Source: Candidatus Danuiimicrobium aquiferis (GTDB lineage Bacteria > Omnitrophota > Omnitrophia > Omnitrophales > Danuiimicrobiaceae). From it: a DNA stretch of 64,000 bases. The notes below the pieces were generated by a model. It was not told the DNA's origin and searched no databases. It worked only from the letters and a program-made list of their open reading frames with translations. Where the stretch lies: positions 2,740 to 66,739 of the forward strand of contig MHFR01000008.1 in the NCBI GenBank assembly GCA_001804285.1. Reading direction: 5' to 3'. The translations under genes and the position numbers were made by a program. Shown here in pieces: positions 9,801 through 21,800 of the stretch. Each line of letters starts with the position of its first letter. Position 1 is the stretch's first letter.

Positions 9801-12800
9801 GCTTCCCAGGGTTGAATTCCATAAGTTTCAAAATCTTCCTCATGTTGTCTTAAATGAGAATTCAACCCTGACAAACTCACACCGATTTTTTCCGCCGCTT
9901 GTGAAACATTTAAACCGTCCAAAGTTTTCTTTCCGTGCTGGGCGAGAAGATCGGGAATCACAGGCTCCCGCGGTTGCACCCCGTATTTCACCATATCTTC
10001 AGAATAACTTTTAAAATGAAGCGAGAGGCCTGTTTGGCTAACTCCAATCAACTCTGCCGCTTGGGTAACATTTAAACCATTCAAACGTTTTTTCCCATAG
10101 CGCTTGAGAAGCGCGGGAATGTGTTTGGGTCTCTCGATTCCATAGCGGTCAAAATCACCCTGATTCTTTTCCAAATGCTGCCCCAAACCAGCGTGGCTAA
10201 CCTTCATCAACCGAGCTGCTTGCTGGATATTTAAACCACGGAGTCTTTCTTGACCAAATTCTTTTAACCGTTCCGGAATGATTGACAAAAAAGGTTTGAT
10301 ACCATACTTTTTAAGATCTTTTGGGTTTCGTTCAAGATGCTGCGCAAGACCGGAAGGGCTGCTCCCAATCAAATCAGCTGCTTCGGCAATATTGAGACCC
10401 TTTAAACGCTTTTTTCCAAAACGTCTCAGAAGTGCCGGAATTTCCGGTTCTTGAGGAACAATTCCATATCTTTTCAGGTCTTCAGGGTATCTCGTAAAAT
10501 GATCGTACAAACTCCCATAATTGACTTTGATGGTCTGTGCTGTCTGCCGAATATTCAAGCCCCGCAATTTTTCTTTCCCTTTCTTTTCCAGAAGATCAGG
10601 AATGAAAGCTTCAACTTTAACGATCCCAAACCTCTTAAAATTTTTCGGATGCCTTTCCAAATAATCAGCCAAACCTTGTTGAGACACCCCGATTTTTCGC
10701 GCGGCTTGAGAAACATTTAATCCCTTTAACCGTCTTTTGCCAAAATGCTGAAGTAATTGAGGAATTTGCGCCTCACCTTTGACAATTTCGTATTGTCGGG
10801 CGACCTTCGGATGAGTGCCAAAAAATCGTGAGACTGTGGCTGAGGTGACGCCAATTACTCCGGCAACTTGGTTATAACTAAGACCTTTCAATTTTTTTCT
10901 ATATTTTTCCAAAAGCCCGGGCACTGTTGACGGTTTCCACCGGACTTCGGAACGCACCGGAACTGTGTTTTGTTGAAAATAAATTTCTATTAGCGTTTCG
11001 GAAGAAACGATACGATTACGATCGATCACATCAAGCGGTTCTTTTTTGTCACCGTCATATAATATAATTCGCGCGATCTCCGTTCCATCGCGTTCGTGCA
11101 ATTTTAAAATATGGTCTAAAACGTCTCCAAGTTTCACATTCTCGCGTCCCTGATTGATCGAATACACGAATTCTCCTTTCAGCCCATGTATTTCCTGCCC
11201 CATCAAATCCGTTCCTATCTTTGCACGCACTTCGCTACGCGTACTATAAATTTCGTGCAGAGGAGTTTTGCCGGTCTTCATGTATTGAAGCGCTAATAAC
11301 AATAAATAATTGGGGTCATATCGAGGAGCTGAAAAAGCTAATGTAGCATTACCGGTCGTTCCATGCATGCCGGCAAATTTCATCTTCGCTTGGTCACCTA
11401 TTCCTAACCATCCCTTGTATTCCCTTTCTTCCATTTCTTTAACAATCAAATTCGGGTCTCGGGTATATACTGAAATTTTTACTTTTGGATGATCCGTTTC
11501 TCGATCGATCACATTATCAACATACACTTCTATTCCGTCACCGATCATGATCCAATTACCTTTTCTAAAACCCCATAAAAACGGATGCTCTGTTGGTACC
11601 ATGGAACCGATCGGGAGCTTAAATGAATATTTTGAAATTTCGCTTTCCGCTTCCCTCGCCTCAGAACGGTTGGCATAAGAAACAATTATTTTAAATAAAT
11701 CATCTACCCTGTCAGCAAATAAAGATTGCTGCTGTTCCTCGACAAACGTTTGCAAAAGTTTTCTGAGGGACTGCTCATCGCCTTCATCCGCAAGTCTGAG
11801 CCACTGCCCGACTCTCGAAGGATATAGGCCAGCTCTTGCTGAAACTGGCAAGTTTTCTTTAAGCTGCTTCGTGAGCCTTTCAAACCGTGTCGGGCTTTGT
11901 TTCGCAATCGTTTGAATTTTTGCAAGCCGCGAAACTTCCTCCGGACTCAACTCAGCGCCAAAGCCCTGCATCTGGCGAAGGTTCCGCACAAACACACCGT
12001 CGATCTGGAGATGGATCGGAATTGATTGATCGGGATCAAAAAAGTGCTCATCCGAAATAAGAAGATCCATATTGCTGTGCCGGAAATCTTCCGTAAAACC
12101 GAGACGATCGTAATCATAATGGGGATTAGTAAGTTGATCATAAAAATATCCTTTTATAAATTCGCGCCAAGGACTAAAGCCTGCCTTCCTAATCGTCTGC
12201 ATGAGTTGAGAATTTAAGTTCCGCGCAATCACTTGAAGCGCCATGGCAATTGTTTGATACCGATAGGCAAACGCCTGCTCACGCGTCAAATCTTTTGATT
12301 CCTGCCATCCCCCCAAATCATACCAAATCGTTTTTTCTTTCCCTGTCAAATCAATATCTACATTTCCCTGATGGGGTTGATTGGGGAAAAATCCGGCATC
12401 ATTGACTTGTCGCAATGCCCGCCCATACGCTTGATAAACACTCGCCAGTTTCTCTTGAGCTAATTTCCCGACCACCGCTTTTCCATCCACTTGCGCCATC
12501 TGAATACGCCACGTGCGCAACGCCTTACGCCGGGCCGCAGCCAAACTCTTTTGTTCGGCATCCGAAAGTGCACTCGGAATGGCTTCAGCCAATTCATCTA
12601 ATCGCTGATTAAACGCGGCGCCGAAACGCTCATGATGCCCTTTCCTCACAAATGAAATGAAAACACCCAACTCAAAATCATTTTTCTTGAGCTCCGGACT
12701 CGTATACCGGCCGTAAGCCAAAGCAATCGGCCCGCGCAAGCCGGCCGCCGGAAGCGTGTATCTTGCGCGAATGAATTTTTTTCTTGCCGTTTCCGCCCCA

Positions 12801-15800
12801 TGCCCTCCTTCTTGAGAAAAAAGAGGCGGACTTAAAACAGGCCGGCCTTCGCGGTCAAAAGAAATATGGATGCCGAGACTCATCACCTGATCCATTGACA
12901 TATCTCGGACATGAAACGCTGTCGTTCCCCAAGAAGCCCCGAAAAATCCTTGCCCAAAGTTTTCTTTCTTGAATAACACTCCCGTAATTTCCACGGCATC
13001 CATCTCTTCACCGTTGACAACAACCGGTTCCTTCAACGCTATGCGAATGGTCCGGCCTTCGGCCTTGTTTTCCGTTAATTCTTCGTACCCGATTCCCTTC
13101 CATTCATCCGGATAATAAGCAGAAGCTTTTTCGATTTGCGCTTGCAGTTCCGGTGTTAAAGCTTTCCATAGATCGGGAACGTAAGTCATTTCAAGGGGCC
13201 GTGAGCCTTGCCATTCGGCCGTTATTAATGGATCCGTGATGGGGTCAACCACATTTTTTCTTGCCGCCAAAAAGGCGAAGGTGTCTTCCGCCAGCCATTT
13301 CGCTATTTTTTCTCCAATCCCGCGGATTTTATTTTGGGGATCCTTCAGCCATTTCTTGAATTGATCCGCATGATCAAAACTCCGCTCGCCGATTTTCGCA
13401 ACCAATTCCTGAATGACTTGCTCTGATTTGACACCGCTCGCTTGAAACACTTGAGCAATTCTGGCTTTTATCACTTCATTCCAGTCAATCGCACCCGCCC
13501 AAGTTTTTTCCGCACTATCATTATTGAAGCGACCTTCGGACCGACTAAATAACTCTTTATATTTATCCACATTAATCGTCACATAATCATCATAATTGGC
13601 ACGACGACTATAAGTTTTGACATAGCCTTCCTCTTGCAAACGGCGCAAAAAGCCTTCCATTGAAGATGCCTGAAAAACCCATGAAGATATGTTACGAGTC
13701 AGAGCCAGATAGCCTACAAGCAATTTCATAATGCCCCTTCTTTGAGGCATACTAAGTGCTGAAATAACAGAAATTGATCCGGAACCATCAATTTTATAGC
13801 CGACAGAACCAACCACGTTACCATCCGATAGGTTCATCACCGCTAAATGAAACATTTCGCCGGTCCTGGAATGGTGAACAATGAGAAATTTGACAGAAGT
13901 ATTCAAAATTTGTCCCACCGCTTGTTTTAACCGCTGTTCAAGCTCCGCATTCTCTTCCAATTCCCGCATTTCGGAGCGGCGAGCATCGGAATTCTGTCTC
14001 GGTCTTTGTCCGGATAAATACTCATCAATTGAAACTCGCCTTAGTATTTTTTTCAAGCGGTTAAACGTATGCCTGATCGAGCCGATAGAGATACCGGTTC
14101 TTTCTGACAAAGCGTCCATGCTCGAGAGCACAAAACCTTGATCGAATTCTTCCAAAATTCGGTTTGCGACCCGTCGCTCTTTGACCGGGAAAGATTTAAT
14201 CGCTTCATCAACGATTATTTCCAGCATGAAACGCCGTTCCGTTTCGGACGCCCGAAAATCATCAATGGCGGCTATCAGAACCATTTTGCCGCCGATATTA
14301 GCCCAATCCTTCCTCAACCCTAATTGCGAAAGGGTCAGGAAATCTTTGTACGACCTTCTCTCTTTCACAAGACCAACTTCTTCATATTTGATCTTGTTAG
14401 CATTTAACGCGTTGTATATGACGAAACGATTTTCAACTAAACCTTCCGAGAAATCGACCACGTTTCTGACGGTGGGCGCAATGTCCGCCGGCACTTTAGA
14501 AACCAACATTTTAAGAAAACTTTTCCGCTGATCCTTGGTTTTCGGCAACACTCTTTCCCTTACCAAGCCGAGCTCTTCGTAATTCATATCGTGCGTATTC
14601 ATCGCCGATCGAATTTGCCGGGCAGTAACCGTTCCATTCGATTGATCCGCCACATTGTTCACCGTTGGCGGAAGCCCAGGAGGTAATTTCTCGATTAGTC
14701 TGCGCAAGAATTCTTTCCATTCTCCTGTAGCTCTGGCTGGGGGCAACGCTTTCTCCATCCCGACTTCCTGGAAAGAAATTGAATGAAAGACAATCGCTGC
14801 GCGAATTTGTTCAGGCGTATGTTTTCCGCCGGAAAAAGCTGCGACATTTCTCGCGGTTCGCTTCAATCCGGAAGGAATTTTCCCTGCAATAGCAGAAAGT
14901 TCGGCAATCCATTCTGAGCGCGACCTTTTCAAATCTGTTTCATTTATCATCCCGACTTCTTGAAAAGTAATTCCGTGGTAATATAAGGCGTGCCAAATTC
15001 CAACCCCCGTTACTTCCCGGCCCGAAATATCCGCAACATTACGCGTCGTAGGTAGAGTGCCGGCCGGTAATTCCGCGACCCTGGCTTTTAAATATGCAAT
15101 CCATTCCTCTCGAGACTTGAACTCCCTGGTACTACGGGCCATTCCAACAGTTCTGTAAGGAATATCGTGCTTCCACAATGCCATTGTAATTTGCCGCTCT
15201 GAAAGAAAACTTCCCCACACGCCGGCGAGAACTTCAGGTGTTGCCGCTCTCCAGTGAGGAAGAAGTGTCACAAGGCCTTTTAATAATCTGATCCACTCAT
15301 TACGATTTTTTTTCTTCTTTCTCAGCAGCTGTTTAAGCTCTTTCCCGATAGCGGGACTCACCCGTTTTTCTCCTCGCGTGTCTCTCATTCTCTTTGCGCG
15401 ATCAGCGAGGCCATAATTCTGGATGCGCTCCCAAACTGTTGTCATATTGACATGCATACGTTTTGCCATCTTTTCCAAATGAGCATGATATTTTGCAAGC
15501 AATTTTTTAAAACGCTGCAGTTGAGAACGGTAACGCGCGGCGTTTTTCTCAAGCCCGAATCGCCTGATTTGACTGACAATAGCAGAACTCTTAACTCCTC
15601 CTAAATCTTCCGAGACTAATTTTAGATTCGCGCCTCGTTTTCTTAAGAGCTGATTCAGCACACCTTTGGTCACCCATCCAGCTTGTCTTGCCCGCAGCTC
15701 GGCCCTTGGCGAAACACTTTGTACACGCCAAGGACTCTCGTTCGTTTCGATTGATGACTGATTGGAACTTTCTTTATTGTTACGAACTTCGGAGCGATGC

Positions 15801-18800
15801 CTCAATGCATCGCCCGAAACAGTCTCGGATTTAACCGAAATCCGAGGCGGCTCGGACATCGCAACGGTTGGTTGCGATGCCGGAGCAGTCCTTAACTCCG
15901 CTCGCGATTCGTCGTGAGCTTCGGCATGGCGTGCTTGACTCTGCATAATACCTGTGCTAAATTTACTACCAATATGAGTACGTTGGTCCGAAAATATATC
16001 AGTATCAATCCTGCTATCTGCCATGGAAAGCCCTGTTTTCGCGGTACCCGGATTCCTGTATCCTTGATCCTGCAAATGCTTGAGGGGGGCGACTCTGTCA
16101 GCGCCATTCTGCGCGGATATCCTTCCCTTTCCAAGAAAGCGATCCAGGCTGCGTTGGAGTTTGCCAGCGAAGTCATTGACAAAAACCGTTTGAGCGCCCG
16201 TGTCCTCGCTGCTTAAATTTCGAATTCTCGCCGACGAAATGATCCACCAAGATGTTATCCGGTTGTTGATCAGTTTAGGAAGCGACGTTATCAGAACTCC
16301 AAAAGGATTCAAAAATGGCCAGGTATTCCAACTCGCAAAAAAAGAAGCGAGAATCTTACTCACCCAAGATAAAGACTTTTCCGACAGTAAACGATATCCA
16401 CCCTCTCTGACTGCAGGAATCATTTGCTTGCGCGTTTTTCCGCCGACCATCGCCAATCTGCTATCCCATGTCAAGAAATTCATCCATAAAACAACACCGG
16501 CTGACATCAAAGGGGAACTGACCATCCTTTCATAAAACGCGATCCCACGCCGCGTTTCGGAACGGCTTTCGCGTTCCTGCTCCCTTTTTGGCTGACTGTC
16601 ACCTGTTCGCAATCCGGAGGCATCAAGAAAACCACCTTGACTGTGGTTGAAATACAGAGCGACATCACTCAGTTTGCCACTACTGACAATAAGCCTTAGC
16701 GCTTCAAACTGGCCATAAAGAAAGCGCACATTTTTTTTCAATGCCCGGTATTTTGCTGTACTGGGAAACCAAGCTAAAGTTGCTTCGATTATTCCAAGTG
16801 CGGTATCCAAAGCATGTCCGACCATAATATCTCCCGACAAAGAACGCTCCTGCCTTTTTCTGCCGATTTTTCTGCCAACGATCGGATAAACAACCTCGGA
16901 CAACGGTTTCTTAATCTTTTCCAAAGCCGTCATGAATTCGGAATCCAATTCGCCGACTTTTGCTGCGTCACCCGCGTATCTCTCAACAAGCGTTTCAAGT
17001 TGAGGCCGCAGCCGGTCAATTTGATCCAGCACTTCAAGAATCGCTTTTTCATCCTGTTCAAGTCCCTCAACCTTGCCTTGCCTCGCTTCGGATCTTGATG
17101 CGGTACCTTGACTAAAAACACCTGCCGTGATAAACTCCCGCAGAGGTAAAACGAATGGACCCTTTAATCCAAAAATATCTGATAATTGACTCCAAAATCC
17201 AACACGGAAAACCTTGCTTCCGGGGAACCCGGATTCCGGTTTATGCGGTACTTGAGCTCTTAGAGGGCGGGGTGAAACCGGAAGAGATTGTGGGCGAGAA
17301 TTATTATCCGAATCTAAGTCTTGAACATATCCGAATTGCATTGCGCTTTGCAGCCCAATGGGCGAAAAACCAAGAATACTTTCCTTTTGAACAAACAACC
17401 TGAGCTTTTGAATGAAATTCCTCATTGACGAGGACATTCCCCTCAAACTCCTCAAAACACTTCTAACGCTTGGCCATGACTGTGTCCGCGCAACACCGGC
17501 TTCATCGGATCTCGAAGTGGTTGAGCGAGCTGAAAAGGAAGAAAGAATTCTGATCACTCTGGACAAAGACTTCACTAATATCACGATATACCCGCCGACG
17601 AAATTTAATATCGTCCGAATCCAAATCCATCCTCCGTATGCCGATACGATTATCGAAGCATTCCAAAAACTCTTAAATTCCGTTCCAGCGAAGGACTTCC
17701 AAGGATTAATCATTCTCCAGCCCAAAGGCCATATCCGCGTCATTCCGTAAACACGTTCCCGCGGCACTTCTAATCTCTGATTTTCCCGCGCTTCGGCCCT
17801 TGAACTGACTGTCATCCTGAGGGAGTCCGAAGAACGACTCTCCGCCACTAAAGCGTGGGCGGATCCGGCCGCGCTGTTTGGCGGAGAAGGATCTCCGGTT
17901 ATTGTCTCTGTCCGTGGCTTCCCCCCGGGCAAGCCCGGGGCACCTTTCAAAATCTGGCCTCGCTTGGAATTTTCTCTTTCCATGCTCGGCACGCCCTTCG
18001 GGCGCCATTCACCCCCGGGCAAGCCCGGGGAGCTCAAAGCGGCGTTTAGATCCTTCGACTCGCTCCGCTCGCTCAGGATGACTCCGACCCTACGCAGCTC
18101 GGAGCGGATCCCTTCTTTGATCCAAATAGATCCATCCGTCGGCTTTCCATACGACTGGCTGTCATAGAATGCACTTTCTATCATGTTCATGTCGAAAAGC
18201 TGGTTCATCCGAACACGGTGATATCCTGGGAAATTGGAATCACCCCCTTGGAAAGAAATCACGATCGGCGGGAATACAGTCCCTTCAGAAAGTATCTGTC
18301 CAAAATTCAAATCAGCTTTTTGTAAATAATAAGTTGTCCGCTCTCCGAAAATATCTCTGAAATCACCTTTCTTTGAAAATTCACGTTCATGATAAACAAT
18401 CGTCCGATTTACCGGTGGCATCCGGTTGCCGTATGACCACTGAAAACGGATCTCATAGTCATTCGGATTTCCACCCTTAACCACTTCAATATTGGTTGCC
18501 CCCAACGCTTCTAATTCCCACAATATCGGGATTTTGGTGTTTCCGATTGCCCACAAAGCCGGATAATCAATATAACCTTTTACAAGTAAACTCGAGCGGT
18601 AGGCCTCCTTCAATTCCTTGACATCTTTCTCCTGCACATCAAAACCAAACGGCAACGCATCATAGAAATGCATTTCTTTTGCATCCGTCATCAAAAGAGG
18701 CGCGATCACATCTGCGCCAGAAAACGGATAACTTAAAACGCCACCATCAAATCCGTTCTTCTTCAATTCCGCGTGGATCTTCGCATAAGCCAAAGAGACC

Positions 18801-21800
18801 GCCCCTGAGATGAAACGGTTTTCTATAGCTGTCCTGTGAATGAGCAGTTCTTTCGGAAAACGTTTAGACTCAAACAATCTCCGTGCAGCCATATGAAATA
18901 GAACTGTTTGGAATTGAAAAGTTTTTTCAAGAAGAATTGCTCGATACACCTGCTGTTCAACGGTGAATGCTAAGCCCACTAAACGTGCTCTCTCTTCCGG
19001 TTGGTTTCTCAACTGTGGAAAAAATACTTTCAAAATCATATCATGCGAACTTTTTCCGATTGTAAGCACCAGTGGACCATCAGGAGTTAAAGGATCTGCT
19101 TTCGCTATATCAAGCCGCTCGCGAATCAATTCTTTGACAAAAATTCCTTCGGTTTCCAACCTTGTCACAATCACTTCATCTGGATTTGAAGGCATTCGCT
19201 TTCCACCTGTAGCGTCTTTAGTCCCAAGCCTGGGAAGAAGAAATACTTGAAATAAGCGAGCCCGGTCATCATCGTTCCCCGCCAAAAGATCGATTCTTTT
19301 CTTGGCTTGGACAAGAAAATCGATAACATCTTTAAGCGGATCTTCATGGTTAACTTCCTCTAAACGATCAACCCCCGGCGTCGCAAACGATTTTAAAATA
19401 TAGGCTGCCAGCTGTATTAGCTTTTGAACTGACGAGTCGTCATCGGCAATTTGATTTCTTTCCATCTGACCTTTCAAAATCTTTAACTGACTGCGTGAGA
19501 TTCCGTAAAGCTGCGTCTGCTGTCTGCTTTCTGCATCTAACAAAGCTTGTATAAAACGAGGACCTGCTTTTTGATCGCGTTTTAAAAGCCCTTTATCAGC
19601 CGCAGCGATCAAACGATCAGCTGTTTTGACAAGTTGAGGAACCGATTCTACCGTTTGCCCATCGAGCGAGCGCACTTCGGCACGTTTGGCTAACACATGG
19701 TCCGCCAAAGTACTCTTGCGCGTCTTGATTGATGCCTGGTTGGAACTATTGTCATTGTTACGAACTTCGGACCGTGTAACGAGTACGGCGCGTTTAAGCC
19801 ATTCGTCGAAATGTTTGAGCGCCTCGGCGGAGACAGCGAATCCATCTGTTAGAGCCTCGCCCGACAAAAGAATTTTATTCCGCCCGGACAAGTATGTCTC
19901 GGTAACTAACAATGAATCTAAGTAAGACTCAAATCCGTTCGGGTCTTCCCGGTATTCTTCGTCCCCATCATCATCAAACAACATCTGATTCATTTCCGTT
20001 TCGATTTCAGTCATCGCCTCATCAAGAATATCCATAAAAAGATTTAGATCAATCCGCGTTTGCTGAAGGCGTTCTTTTGCTTCTATTTTGATGGTGGCCG
20101 GAAGTTCTTCGTTATACCGAATACTAAATTCCCGCAGCAAGTCGGCGTTTGTTGCCAGCGAAATCCCGAAATGTTCTCGCTTTATTTCTTGCATGAAGCG
20201 CAACGCGTGTTTGGCTGCTAACTCAGAGATCAAATCTATCAGCAGCGGGCCTTGCTCAAGTTGTGCAGTCCCTTGCTCTTTTGTTGTCGGATAATCCACC
20301 AAATCCGTTCCACTTTTCCGCATTCGCTCATGAACTGAATAATTCCGGTCCAGCATTTTTCGATACGTCTTCTTCAACACTTCCTCCGCCGCATAGGGTG
20401 TTACCGTTTGAGAATGTGTTGCATAATAATCTGTAAGCACCTGGCTGAATCGAGCCCTGAAGCTCTGTTGATGCGATAGAACCCCACTGAATAGTGTGTC
20501 GTAAAGCCCCCGAACCTCGGCCCTGGCAGTGGCAGTCTTCTGCCCGCGCCACAACTGCCAGGACACTTGCGCGCCTGGTTGAATCTCCGCTTTTGTATTA
20601 TCATTATTGAAGCGCGCTTCGGCCCTCGCTCGGTTCCTTTGTGCATCGCGAGGACTCTTATTCGTCACAATTGATAACTGGTTGGAACTACTTTCAAGGT
20701 TACGAACTTCGGCCCGGGGAAAGATACGGGCCCGTTTGAATCGCTCTGCTTTATTCCCTCCCATTTGTTCGGGAGTAGGAGATGTCAGGCCCATCGATGT
20801 GGCTGTCAATTCGCCGTCAACGACAGCAAGGGCCCGCTGCTGATGGTCTGCCGCTTCTCTCGCCAATGAAGCGAATCGGCTACGATCTTTTTCACCAACA
20901 TCTTCTCCTGACGAAAAAAAGTTGGTGTCAAAATCTCCGGCCCACGGCGCCAGATAAAGCAAGACGTCGATTCCTATCTTGTATTGTTTTGAAATTTCCT
21001 TTAGCGGCTCTAAAAATATTGTCGTGGTATTTCGGTGGTGATGATGCCGGTCCTCCCAATGCGGAAGAATGACCGACCACGAAATGCCGTCCGCACGGCC
21101 CGATTCCAACGCCGCCCGGTGTTGGCGGTAAAACGTTTCGAGGCGCTTTTTCATGCGGGCCGTCGCATCCTGAATCGCCCAGTCCGGCGCCAACCCAATT
21201 CCCCGCTGATACGCGGCAACTTCTTCATCGAGCCACTTCACTCTGATTTTGCCGGGCAATCCTTCCCGCAACACCGCGGCTTCACCCGCTATTTCTTTCC
21301 GCCGGATGACACGCCGCATCAATTCTTCAATTTCAAAATTTACCGCCTCACCCACTTTCCAATTCTGAATGAAACGGAGAAGTTTTTCGGGATTCGCAAA
21401 ACAATTTAGTTTTTCTCTGATCACCGGATCGATCTGAGTTCCTTTTTTATCCAATTCCTGAAGCACTCTTTGATAAAATGCATGGACATACTGAATGGTG
21501 CGGTAGAAACGGCTGTTGGGCCGGTACACTTGCTTAAGCTTCCTCATCGCCCAGCGGATTTCCTCTTCTTTGAAATCTGCCACACCCGTGTGGCCCGATC
21601 CGGCCACCCAATTTTCGACCTTCATTCCTTGGCCTAACGCATCAATCATGGCAGCGGCCGCCGCGACCACATCGTCGTCAGGATGAGGAGAAGCTATCAT
21701 CAACGGAACGTCCTTGTTCAAACGAAGCTGAAAATTTTCCTGAGCGTTAACAATTTCACCATTCTCAATCCGTACCACAGTAAACGGATTTGCATATTCA

